Source: the human T2T-CHM13v2.0 reference genome, Homo sapiens. From it: DNA of 64,000 nucleotides. This document shows positions 25,996 through 38,260 of this stretch, piece after piece (positions within the stretch are counted from its first letter, which is position 1; each line of letters opens with the position of its first letter). The DNA is taken from NCBI RefSeq assembly GCF_009914755.1, contig NC_060925.1; one strand, given 5' to 3'. Under the pieces are notes generated by a model, which was not told the origin of the DNA, made no database searches, and saw only the letters and a program-made list of their open reading frames with translations. The position numbers were made by a program, and so were the translations under genes.

Positions 25996-26292
<297 letters not shown>

Positions 26293-26670
26293 AGCATGTT
26301 ACACAACCATCTAGACTTTTCTGAAACACATCAACAACTGTATGCTATTACTAAAGGGTTTACTTTGAGGAATGATTTACTACAGGGTTCTTCAAATAGT
26401 GAAGTCTTCCTTACAGGCATTTAAAATGGAATTGGGTTATGTCCTTTAACTTGCATAGAACTTTAACTTCCTCCAGACATGTCTACTACATTCACTGAGG
26501 CCTCCTGTGCTCATCTTCAGTTGTTTTCAGGCTCTATTGGTTGTGATGACCAAATTGTCTCTGATTACATGCCCTGTCTCTCCAACCAGGCTTCTCGAGG
26601 AGGCTTGCTCTCTCTGTTCCAACTATGCAGATCACTAGGGCTCTGCAAAGAGTAGGTGCTGGGCATACAC

Positions 26671-26797
26671 TTATAGATAATCACGAGTTGCTATGATTTT
26701 TTGGGGCTAAGAAAGTGGGGCTAGAGGTTCTAGCCCAATGTTAGCAACAATAATCATCAAAACAAACCCATGTGTGACCCTCTGTGGGCCCTGGAAG
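26671..26797 (+). repeat. Inserted copy of the 127-bp duplication, flanked by GGGCATACA direct repeats
   Basis: Matches 25492-25618; GGGCATACA at 26661-26669 and 26800-26808. Confidence 0.95.
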
Positions 26798-27668
26798 AGG
26801 GCATACAGCACTAAGTTGACTGATCAGTTTATATCATGAATGATATGATGAGTTTATATCTTCCATTTGAGTTATATCTTCTATTTCACCACATACTGAT
26901 TAATTTCTAAAATCACTTAGCTTTACAAGTAGCCCTTCTTTGCCTCCCAGGAAGCCTCTGGGGTCAGGTGAGATACCATGAGAAGAAAAAGCTGCCCTTA
27001 TTTGCCAAACTTGTGTTTCCCTGAGGGATTTTGAAGAGCTAGGCCCTCAGCTAGAGCCTGGGGCAACAGAGAGGAGATCCCATTTCTGGCCTAGGGCTGA
27101 AAGCATATAACTGACTGGCAGTTATCCCTGTGCTCAACATGTAGGGGCTATAAGCGGCATCAGCCAAACCTGGATGGATCAGGATATGAATGCACTTTAG
27201 TCCGCAGACTGCACCTCAGCATGGCCCCTGCTGCTCCCCAACTCTCAGGGATTCAGCTTTTGACCAATGAGACAAGTCCTGCTCTAAGGCAGAGGCTGAC
27301 CAGTGCTCTCCCTCCCTTTTTCCCTGGGCCTCATGTCACTCCTGAGCAGACTGTCTGTCTGTAAGAAGCCCTGGCTCCAGGTTCATAGATCCAAATGGCT
27401 AGGAACACTCCTTGCACAGTTCATCAGAAAACCCAGTTGCTGGTGTGGTGAAGTAACATTTTGAATTATCCCCTTCTGGTATTTCTTGTTACCCCTTGAC
27501 ACTTTCTTGATTCTACAGACCGGATCTGAGGCAGTGGATGTACTCAGGAACAGCAGATTCCCTTGAGGAGTGCTGTCCAAGAGAAATATAACACAAGCAC
27601 AAATGTGAGCCACATATGTGAATTTTCTAGTACCTACATTTAAAAAGTCAAAAGAAATAGGTAAAATT

Positions 27669-27983
27669 GGCTGAGTGCAGTGGCTCATGCCTGTAATCCC
27701 AGCACTTTGGGAGGTCGAGGTGGGAAGATCACTTGAGATCAAGAGCTTGAGACCAGGCCTGGCCAACATAGTGAAACCCCATGTCTACTAAAAATATAAA
27801 AGTTAGCCAGGCGTGGTGGTGTGCACCTTTAATCCCAGCTACTGGGGAGGCGGAGGCCCGGGAATTGCTTGAACCCAGGAGGTGGCGGTTGCAGTGAGCT
27901 GAGATTGCACTACTGCACTCCAGCCTGGGTGACAGAGCAAGACTCCATCTCAGAAAACAAAAACAAAAACAAAAAACAAGGAA
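27669..27983 (+). mobile_element. Full-length AluS (Sz/Sx-like)
   Basis: Dimer with an (AAAAAC)n tail; TSD AAATAGGTAAAATT. Confidence 0.95.
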
Positions 27984-28096
27984 AAAAATAGGTAAAATTA
28001 ATTTTAATGTTTTATTTAACATAATATGTCCAAAATATAATACTCAAATATGTAATCAGCATAAAAAATTATATATATAAAAAGTACTAAGTCTTC

Positions 28097-28740
28097 TATA
28101 AATATATGTGTATATAAAATGTGTATATAAATATATGTATATATGTGTATATAAATATATATAAATATATGTATATATGTATATATACATATATTTATAT
28201 ATAAATATATGCATATATTTAATGCATAAATATATGCATATATTTAATACATAAATATATGCATATATTTAATACATAAATATATGCATATATTTAATAC
28301 ATAAATATATGCATATATTTAATACATAAATATATGCATATATTTAATACATAAATATATGCATATATTTAATACATAAATATATGCATATATTTAATAC
28401 ATAAATATATGCATATATTTAATATATAAATATATGCATATATTTATATATAAAATATATGCATATATTTATATATATAAAATATATGCATATATGTATA
28501 TATATAAAATATATGCATATATGTATATATATAAAATATATACATATATTTATATATATAAAATATATACATATATTTATATATATAAAATATATACATA
28601 TATTTATATTTATATATATAAAATATATACATATATTTATATTTATATATATAAAATATATACATATATTTATATATATAAAATACCAAGTCTTATATAA
28701 ATAAAATTATATGTATGTGTGTGTATAAATATATATATAC

Positions 28741-28799
<59 letters not shown>

Positions 28800-28802
28800 C
28801 AC
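28097..28802. repeat. AT-rich compound minisatellite: 25-bp units, then 27/33-bp units, then (TA)n(CA)n
   Basis: AATACATAAATATATGCATATATTT repeated with period 25 (~28200-28445); ATAAAATATATRCATATATKTATATAT with period 27 (~28446-28683). Confidence 0.95.
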
Positions 28803-29143
28803 ACTAAGTCTTCAAAATCCCTTGTCTATTTTATGCTGGCAGCACATCTCAGTTCTGACTAGCTACATTTCAAGTACTCAGTCGGCACATGTGGCCAGTG
28901 GCTACCACATTAGACAATGTAGCCCCAGAGCCAATGAAGTGTGAAGAGGTGGCTAAGAGGGAGCCACCCCTCAAGAGCCATGGGGTCAGGAACTGGAGAA
29001 GACTCAAGAGTCTGTGGGGATCAATGATATCTCAATGGAATCAAAAACCATTTTCAGATTTCCAGCGTGGTAGATGACAACTCCCAAGATTAGCCCCCAA
29101 CCAAGGCACCAAATGCCTTCGCACCATGTAAAATTGCCCACAA

Positions 29144-29348
29144 CTGCATTGTCCAGTATGGTAGCCATTGCTACGTGTGGCCGTTTAAATTAAAATTAAT
29201 TTAAAATTAAATAAAATTAACAAGGCATTAGCTCAGTTGCATTAGCCACATTTCAAGTGTTCATTAGCCATATATGGCTGGGGGCTACTGCATGGAGCAG
29301 TGCAAATATATTTCCATCACCACAGAAAGTTGTATCAGACAGCACCAG
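29144..29348. mobile_element. MER3 hAT-Charlie element
   Basis: CTGCATTGTCCAGTATGGTAGCCA...TTAGCCACATTTCAAGTG...TTTCCATCACCACAGAAAGTT...GACAGCAC. Confidence 0.88.
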
Positions 29349-29493
29349 CTAGCACTCGGAATCAACCCCTGAGAAACGTGGGGAGTGGCCCCAAATTTCC
29401 TGAGATAAAGATTCTGCTATTTGTAGGCATGGGGACTTATAAGGAAACCTAAACTGAATCATAGAAAAATAAGGTCATTTTAGTATACACCCA

Positions 29494-29818
29494 GACATGG
29501 ATGAAACTGGAAACCATCATTCTCAGCAAACTAACACAGGAACAGAAAACCAAACACCACATGTTCTCACTCATAAGTGGGAGTTGAACAATGAGAACGT
29601 ATGGACACAGGGAGGGTAGCATCACACACCAGGGCCTGTTGGGGAGTGGATAGCAAGGGGAGGGAGAGCATTAGGACAAATACCTAATGCATGCAGGGCT
29701 TAAAACCTAGAAGACAGGTTGATAGGTGCAGTAAACCACCATGGCACATGTATACCTGTGTAACAAACTACACATTCTGCACATGTATCTCAGAACTTAA
29801 AGTAAAATAAAAAAAAAA
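29494..29818 (+). mobile_element. 5'-truncated L1PA (about L1PA7-10): end of ORF2 and 3' UTR
   Basis: ACATGGATGAAACTGGAAACCATCATTCTCAGCAAACTAACACAGGAACAG...CAGAACTTAAAGTAAAAT with A tail; TSD AAAAATAAGRTCATTTT. Confidence 0.95.
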
Positions 29819-31758
29819 TAAGATCATTTTTCTTGCATAACTCAATATGTGGAATAAGATGAATAATTTAACTTTTAATAGACATTCCTTTTAACTCTTG
29901 GTGAACATTGATTGCTTCATTTGTAAATTTGGAAAACAATCCGTATCACTGTACAAGGTGGTGTGAGGATCAAGTGAGACAAAGAGGGTCAAACATCTGA
30001 CTCAAGGCCTGGCCCACTGGGCTTCCTTCCCTCCCTTTTCTAGCGCTATGTGTGTAAATGTCTGTGTGTCCCTCCCGTCTTTCCTATATTCCTCTTAAAT
30101 GCAGCGGCATGCAGATTTTCACCCTCTGAGAACAAGGGCCACATCATTGCAGTACACTGGGAACATCTCTAAAGCAGATGGGACATTCTATGGCCAAACA
30201 GGACTAGTGAGACAGCAGAATGCAAACTGCTGAATGGAGAGAATAGGAGAAAATGGCTTTGTGGAAGGTACAAACAGCATCAAGATTTTTCAGGAGAAAT
30301 CAAATTAATATGATCATCCAGAACTTACAGAGACAAAGAGAAAACAGGTGTGTAGAAAGTGAGGTATGGGAACGGGAATTGAGGACTTCATTGCATTATT
30401 TTGACCAGAAATATGAGCTAAGCCAAGGCAGGAGGTATAACGCAAATAGAATTTCAGTAAAGATTTACATTGCATTGGCTTGTCAACAAAACTTTCTTAT
30501 TTTATCTCCTTCTTATGGCAATGATATAAGAGTAAGAATAACCATATGCGATTAAGCAGTAAAAAAGGTAAAGTCACTCAAGACCAAGTTCGCTTGGGGA
30601 CAGTCTCAGGAAGAATGTGGAAGGAATCTGTGCTGAAGACAAAGGGTAAAATCGTAAGGGATAGAATTTTAATTATATATAATGGGTTAACTTGACCTTG
30701 CTTGCCCCCAAAGAACTGGGACTAATATAGATCTATTGTTTGTTTCTACAAACTCTGGCCAAAAATGATGTGTGCCATTAATCATATAGTGGCATCATCA
30801 CATTGCGTCACCTGTTCTCCTTGGCCAAATCCCTTTCTCAAGGGACTCTGGCCTAGGAAAAGGGGGTAGATGTCTTTCATAACCAGGGATAGGAGCAATT
30901 ACAGAAGCTGAGATTGTTTTCCCTGCTCCTTTATGTTGTCCAGGAAAGTTGGGCCTCCTCACAGGGTAGTGGGAGTAGAAGAGTCAACAAAAATTATGTC
31001 ATGCATGATATGACAGTCACTCTGACATTGATGTTGTCTCTCCCCCTGTATCTCTTTCTTTTATAACTTTAGCAACCAGTATTACTTCCTCTGGGGCTTT
31101 GGAGCTAGAAGAACCCTACAATACCCAAGTACAACTCCTCATTTGATAGCTAGGACTCAGTGATCCAGAGAGTAGAGGAAAGTCCCATGTATAACAGCCC
31201 TGAACACCTGGGAATTGAGGCTAGGAACCCAGGCCCAGACCTCCTGCTTCAGCTCAGGGTTCTCTCCACTGTATCTAGGAGCCCTTCCACCTGGTGCTGG
31301 GTTTGCACACACAATAGGTACTTGATGCCCCTGGAGAATAAAGGTTCCTACAGTTAACCTGCATAACCCAGGCCCTACTGCTGTAGCTCTTGGCCACCTA
31401 CGAGGAGCTAGCCTGATAATCAGAGTGGTTTTTAATGCCAGTGAAAATTCTTCAGCGCAAGAGTTCTGCTCACAAAGGCTTCCACTAGCTGTCAAAGCAG
31501 TTGGTGGTTTGGGTTAATAAAATTTTTAGATCTTATAAAATGTATTTTCTCTTGAGGTATTTTTGCATTGTTTTTAGAATAATGAGATCTGAGATATAAA
31601 CCTGAGACTCAACAGAAGACTGCATAGAAGTTGGTGGCCGAAATAAAATGTAGATTCTCCCTCAATGGAGAAACATAATTTTTCCCAGGCACAAGGCATG
31701 AAGGAGACTCTGTCCCAGCCCCTTGCTGCTTTTTTGAGACATATCAGAAGCCGTAGAA

Positions 31759-31938
31759 GGAGCGGGGAGGGATAGCATTAGGAGATATACCTAATGTTAA
31801 ATGACGAGTTAATGGGTGCAGCACACCAACATGGCACATGTATACATATGTAACCTGCACGTTGTGCACATGTACCCTAAAACTTAAAGTATAATAAAAA
31901 TAAATACATAAATAAATAAATAAATAAATGAAAAAGAA
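31759..31938 (+). mobile_element. Very short L1PA3/4-like 3' end with (TAAA)n tail
   Basis: GGGAGGGATAGCATTAGGAGATATACCTAATGTTAAATGACGAGTTAATGGGTGCAGCACACCAACATGGCAC...CCCTAAAACTTAAAGTATAAT. Confidence 0.95.
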
Positions 31939-34189
31939 AGAGGCTGTCAGAAGCCAATGGCTAGGTCCCAGCTGTCCTCTTTCCTGTGGTTCCAGGAAGA
32001 GACTACAGACCAGGCCCAGTTATTTGACCTTCTGTTTCTAAATGGACTCAGGGTCTGCTGAAGATGACCCTCTCCCCCACTCACCCTGCCACTTCCCTCC
32101 ACTGCCAATCAATCCACCAGTGGGCATGTAGCAGTTTCCCCAGTGGGTTCCAGCCCCATACTGAAAGCAGGCCAACGACTAGAGCTGGATCCTCACAAGG
32201 GATCATGAGCTTCACAAAGACATAAAAAAGAAAATCTGCTCTAACGTTAAAAGATTACACATTAAGCCTAGAAAGTCCCCCCATTCTATGAATAGGGATA
32301 AGAAGGATCTGTTCTGTGTTACTTTGTAGGGCTGGAGTGAAGCTCAAAGGTGAGAAGGGAAAGGTATTTCGTAAAAGGGCTGTTTTGGCTTCAGTGTTTC
32401 TTGTTATGTGTGCTTATATAGTGCTTATATTTTACTCTTATTTTCTGGGCAGTGAAAACCTCCCTCCATTATTTGGCCACCACAGAGAGACTATGGCTTT
32501 TAAATTACATAGGTATATAGCAGGAGCCCACTGCATAGCCAGGGAATGAAGGAAAGCCAGAACTCATGAGAAGGGATCAGAAGTTCTGTGCCCCTGGGAG
32601 CAGGGGATGGAGAAGGGCCTGGTAGTGTTGATGGCACAGATGAGTCCTGCCCTCTACTGCTCCTGCCTCTGTATGGCTCTGCCCCATGTTCATTGCTGTT
32701 ATCCCTCATCATAATTAGAGATAATTTACACATGTGTTTTCTCTCCTAGCCACCTAGGCTCCTGGGGATTTGATTTAACCTCTATCCCCTAGCTTGGCAC
32801 AGTGTATGGTCTCCATAAAAGTGGATGGAAGGGATGACTGTCCTCTATGAGTTTCTGAAATATCTTGGAATCAAGTCTAGTAAAATACAGCAATCTAAAG
32901 TCTAACAGATGGAAGAAGAGAAATTCAATTTATATAATGGGTAGAGAACAGCCTCCCAGAAATTTCCTTGTTTGTTTTAACTCCATTTGTGTAGGAACCT
33001 GAGGCATCTGGGGAAAATCTCACACTTGTCTTGCTGGGGTTAATGTGCTTCCCGTTCCTGACAGACCTCAGGGAAGACAACTTAACCTGATAAAAAATCA
33101 ACACCAATTTATGGAAATATAAACAGACTTCTGAAGGGCACACAACCATAAGGGGAAAATTAATCAGTAAAGAGGTATGAGCAAAGTACTTAAATCAACA
33201 AGGCAATCAGACAGAAAACCCCAATGGGAAACCTGCCTGCCTGGCCTCACCCATAGCCAGTGTCTCTCGTGGTCTCTCAAATTCCTTTCCTTCCTGAAAA
33301 GAAAAAAAATGATACCTTACATTTTTTAACTTAAGATTTAAAAATATGTTATATAGAGTAAAATTGGGCTTCTCTCATCCTTTAGCCATGAGAAAAAAAA
33401 TGTTCTTTTGTTAGGAGGACCATGGTCACCATGAAGGTCAGTCATAGGCATCCATGGAGTCAATTGTGGCAGCCATGTCCCCCCAGCAGCAGATCCCTAC
33501 TACTTAAATCCAGCCACTCCTCAGAGGTGGAGAAGGGGAAGTGAGAAAAGGTCCATCCTGGCCCCTAGGAAACTCTCCCCAAAGAAAAACCAAGAAGAAA
33601 CACTTTCCAAATGTTTCTTTCCTTTAAAATAAAGTTAGTTAGCAACCCTGATGCCTTCATCAAAACAAAGAAAGACCTTCTGATGACAGAGTCTGAGGAT
33701 GATCATGCAAAGTGCTGAACAAAGTGAAAAATGAAATCAAGATTTTTTCCATTCTCTTGTTTCTGCTGGCTTCAGGGTCCTGATTTCATTAAGCTGAAAG
33801 GGGAAAACATACCAAAAAACCCCAACAATTCTCAAACAAAAAACAAGCAAGTTAACCATGGAGTAGAAAGGTCCAGCACTTGAAAGGTTAACAAAGGGAC
33901 ACGTGTGAGTTGAAGCATGGTTGGGCAGCATTGATGCTTTGATGGCAAACATGCTGTCCTCACGTGGACAGAAGGTCAAAGATCTGTTCTACGAGTGAGA
34001 TGAGCACTCCTTATCATGGGTCTGACATGGCCTTCACTGAGGTATCTATAGCTTCTCACATTTCCCACTGTGGCCGGGGAAAGAGTATGGCCTGTGTCAT
34101 TCAAGGTTACCAGCTTACATGGGCTATCTGTGGTCCTGTATTTAGAAATGTGACAATAATAGTAGTCATCATTTACTGAACAGACTTTA

Positions 34190-34535
34190 CCTGATTTTAT
34201 CCTCACAATATGTGAGGATTATATTAATTCCCAATTTTCAGGCAAGAAAAAATAAGACCCAGAGAAGTCCAGTAACTTTTCCAAAGTGATTCTCTTAGTA
34301 GAGTAGTTCTTAGCCTTTGCTGTACTTAGAATCCCAAACTACAGTGCCCAAGCTGTATATTAAGCCAATTAAATCAGAATGTCTGATGTGGAGTATTTTT
34401 TTTTAAAGCTCCTGGATGATTTCAATGTGCAGCCAAGGCTGGATAACCACTGATCCAGTAAGCAGTAGAGTTAGGATCTGCTTACTGATCCAGTAAGCAG
34501 TAGCGTTAGATTCCAGGCCTCTGCTCATTTTTCTC
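34190..34535 (-). mobile_element. MIR interrupted by a MER5A (~34301-34452)
   Basis: MIR: ATCCTCACAAT...CCCAATTTTCAGG...CCCAGAGAAGTCCAGTAACTTTTCCAAAGT. MER5A: AATTAAATCAGAAT...TGATTTCAATGTGCAGCCAAGGCTGGATAACCACTG. Confidence 0.78.
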
Positions 34536-35409
34536 TGCAATATTATCAGTCAAAAAGGAACAATCCAGAGATTTAAGTAAATATTCATCAAATAGTGCTC
34601 CTACTGAAGATAGGAGACAGATTCAGAAAAAGAAATCCATTTGGCATAATGTTTACTTTTCTTATAAATAGAAACAGGCTGAGGGTTAAATGTCTTTTCC
34701 CTACAGCAGAAGGCATGGGCTTTGCAAACAGGATTTTCAGACATTCAGAATCTTTGTACTTTATCAAGTTCTAGCTATGTGCTTGAGGGTTCAGTTGTAG
34801 TTTGACTTCAGGGTCTCATAATAGCTTCTGGGACCCACAGTGAGAATACCGACTCACAAAGGGCACTCGTGGCCAATGTCACCCTCATACCTCATCTGTT
34901 CAGACAGATGCGTCCTGCTGCCAATTCCAATGAATGCTTCAGTTAATAGTCCTCATTTTCTAGGGCAACATCATCAGGATTGAAACATCTTCTGCTGGCT
35001 GCTATGTGGAACAGAACATCCCATCTCCCTGACTTCTCCTGTCATGAGGAAATTATTGAAAATAATTTTCCCTATTAAAATGCCTGTTTTCCTGAGGGTA
35101 GGAGCCACCATGGACACTTTAGCTGAGACATCTTAGTTGAGACATAAAAGCTTGGCTAATCAGAACCATCAGCTTGTCACTGCCATTCAATTAACCCTTT
35201 CTTCTATGTCAGACTGTGGCTTCTAACTGCATTAAGACCTTCCTGGCTAGCATTCCCTCTTGTGAAACTGCTGTTGATAATGGCATCCCAATGCCCATAG
35301 CCCATAGCTGCACTACACAGACACATTTCACTGTCAGAATTACCTATGAAAGTATTTCTGAACCCCTAGATGTGACACATTAGGCTCCATCTTACAAGGA
35401 GCTTTAAGG

Positions 35410-36185
35410 TATTCATTCAGTTTTTTATACATTAATTCAAGATACATTTACTGAGCACCCTCCCTATTCTAGATACTGCCCTATACACCAGACAAAAAAC
35501 ACCAAGTAATGTCCAGACTCAGATCTAAGAAAGCTTCCAGTCTTGTGTGAAAGCTTGAAACATGGAAGGCAATTATAACCCAATGGGTGGCTAAATGATG
35601 GACCTGCCTATGGCTCTCTCAACTCAGTCTGGGGGTAGGGGGTGATCAGGGAAGCCCTCTTGGACAAGAAGAAGCTTGAATGGAGGAAATCTGCACAGAG
35701 GTATGAACGATGAACAGGCTTTTAATGCTGTAGAAGCTCATTTCTGCAGGGCAGCTAAGACTATACCTGTCTCATTCAAAGGTTTCAAATGGCTCTCAAG
35801 GCTCTTCAGAAAATGGCTTTCTAGCCCCTTCTCCTTCCCAGTCCCCCGTGCTGAGCCACTACTCTGTTTCCCAACCAGCCCTTACATATCCATATATTTC
35901 CCTTCTTGTTAGGGCTGTGTTCTTTGTCAGGAATGTCCATTATCCTCTGTCTGTTGGGCTTCTCCTCACCCTTCAAGACCCAGTACAAATGTCACTTTCT
36001 CTGCAAAGACTTCCCTACCTCTGACAATCACAGGACTTGTGACATTATATTATAGTTATCTGTGTGCCTATCTGAGCCACAAGCTTCTGGAGGACAAGAC
36101 TGCATCTTAGTCATATTCACATTCCCAGAGTTTGGCAGATAGAAAGTGTATTATATGCCTTCTTTTTGACAAAGGAATGGAAGAA
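35410..36185. mobile_element. Two L2 fragments in opposite orientations
   Basis: Minus: ATACATTTACTGAGCACC...GATCAGGGAAGCCCTCT. Plus: CCCTTCAAGACCCAGTACAAATGTCACTTTCTCTGCAAAGACTTCCCT. Confidence 0.7.
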
Positions 36186-37469
36186 CAAAGTAACACATCA
36201 AAAATTTATAAGAACATTTTCATCCATTTCAATGCAAAAGGAGGTAGAGTCTCCCCGGAAGAGGCTACAAATTGGGGTAAATGAACAGGATCCTGGTATC
36301 AGCTCCTGACAAGCCAAGGAGCAGCACCTGCCCAACTTCTGAAAAGGAAGTTATTTGGTGACTCGCTGATGTGCAATAACACCATAAGCAAGCAGAAACA
36401 AATGGGGAGACTTGGGAGCAAATTGATTATTCATGAATCCAATTACAACTAATAGCTCAAGAAAGACCCCTCTCAGATGCCTATAATAATTCATGCAGAG
36501 GACAGAAGGAACCCTGCCAGGTTGGCATCTGGGTCCTGAAGTGTCAGGGAGCTTGGACAGGTATGTAGCAAATCATCTCAGGGAGGCAAGCTCAACTTCT
36601 TAGACTCAATGCTGACAGGACCAGGGTCATGCTCAGGTCCCCTTGGGCTAGTTCACAGCCCAGAGACAAATTTTCTGTGGACAGAGCCTGTGCTCCCTTA
36701 CCTAAGCCAGTCACCCACAACATTTATCTTATTTTAAAGTCAGCAACCTCAGATGCAGGATCAGGTAATTAAGCAGAGGGATTTAATAAAACCTTTTTAT
36801 TAAATGAGCAGTGTGTGAGTTCTCCTGCTCACATACTGTAGTGAACCCCAAACAGGGTGAGTCAAAAACATGCCTAAGTGGTTCAGAACCATGGACAGTT
36901 CCCCGGCGGGGGTGGGGTGGACTACTCTCCTCTATTCATTTAAAAGTGCAGGTTCCAGCTTAGAAGTGCCTGCTTACTCAACCCTCAATAGAGAGGGGTG
37001 GGTATGGAAACCCTTCCCATGTCTTTTATTATGAATGTAGTGAGAAACCAGAATGAGCTCAGGGAGGTGGAGGCCATCCCTTTGTCACCACTCTCAGTCT
37101 GGCTGACCCTACTTGGGCATGGGTTAAAAAGTCAACAATTGCTAATGATGATGAATGATTACTTATGTCTTGATGGTGTGTGGGATTAGGAAGAGCACAA
37201 ATGTCTTTTCTTACTCTATCACGAGTTCCTCATACTGTAGGAGAAACTATTCTGGCCACAGACAGAGATGTGTATTTCAATGGGAGAAAAAGAGAAGTAT
37301 GTAGAAGTATATACTTTGGTATTAAAGCCCCATATTTGATCAGCAAGGCAAAGGCATATTCCCACTAAGTCTCCTTCATGGTAAGTATTTGACAGTTCTA
37401 ATGTGCTCATAGAGGCTTATCTTACTCAATAAGCCCACAGGAGAAAGGCCTCTGCTTAAAATATATACA

Positions 37470-37594
37470 TATTTTGATAGCGATACAGTCTCCCTATGTT
37501 GCCTAGTCTGGTCTTGAACTCCTGGCCTCAAGAAATCCTCCACCTTGGCCTCCTAAAGAGCTGAGATTACAGGTGTGAGCCACCAAAGCCTGGT
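37470..37594 (-). mobile_element. FLAM monomer
   Basis: TATGTTGCCTAGTCTGGTCTTGAACTCCTGGCCTCAAG...GATTACAGGTGTGAGCCACC; degenerate TSD CTCTGSTTAA. Confidence 0.88.
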
Positions 37595-38071
37595 CCTCTG
37601 GTTAACTTTTCATTGTCCACGAGGAAATAGTGGGTAGGGTGTGTTTAACTATAGGCATAGGAGCAGGATGAGGTATTCACAATCTAAAAAAAATGTATCT
37701 AGATGTTCTGCCATTAGATACACAAAAGATTACCCTTCTCTCAAACAAAACAAGCTCCTTTTAATAAAGGAATCAGGGAGTTTGGTCCTTTGGAAATAAT
37801 TTAATAAGCTTTCTCTGGAATCCAGTTTCAGCTAACATGCAAGAACCAGGCACATTTTCATCCCCTTTCCAATATTCAAAACAGTCCACAAGGCACTCAT
37901 GGAATAGGAAGGAGTAAAGCTTTAAAAGAAAAAACCCTGAAGCACATCTCCTGTCTCTGCATTGTCTGCACAGCTAATCTCAAGGGATCTCAGTAATCCT
38001 CCAAACAAAAGAGACTGATCTAAACTACAAAGCAACTGTGAATGAACCACTGAATCAGGACAAATGAGACC

Positions 38072-38260
38072 AGGAGGTTCTAACCCTGTGTTCTCTATGG
38101 TCAGCAGACAACCTGCACCAGAATCAATTGATACTTGTTAAAATGCAGACTCCTAGGGAACATCAAATATCTACTGAATCTTAATCTCTCGGGTTGTTAT
38201 CAGAACCTACATTTTAAAATAGGCTCTTCCTGAAGGAAGGTTGGTAAACAACTGCTCTAA
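38072..38260. mobile_element. MER5A-like hAT-Charlie element
   Basis: GCACCAGAATCA...CTTGTTAAAATGCAGACTCCTAGG...CTACTGAATC...ACATTTTAA...AACTGCTCTA. Confidence 0.7.

Larger units (their letters stand above)
27568..28922. mobile_element. MER33 hAT-Charlie element, interrupted by an Alu and an AT-rich tandem array
   Basis: GTGCTGTCCAAGAGAAATATAA...GAGCCACATATGT...TTTATTTAAC...ACTAAGTCTTCAAAATCC...CAGCACATCTCA...CACATGTGGCCAGTGGCTACC. Confidence 0.88.

Noticed and set aside
26850-26887. Short 18-19-bp tandem duplication (9-10-bp repeats also at ~6169, ~57791 and ~62375/62407)
   Set aside because: Ordinary slippage-scale repeats, too short to be informative.
28200-28683. Palindromic repeat array superficially like CRISPR
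   Set aside because: No unique spacers, no cas genes, and a primate genomic context.
28434-28704. Repetitive Y/I/K ORFs on both strands
   Set aside because: Translation artefacts of the 27/33-bp AT minisatellite.
30253-30555. 100-aa ATG ORF in non-Alu DNA
   Set aside because: No recognisable homology or exon signals; possibly an ancient repeat remnant that I cannot assign.
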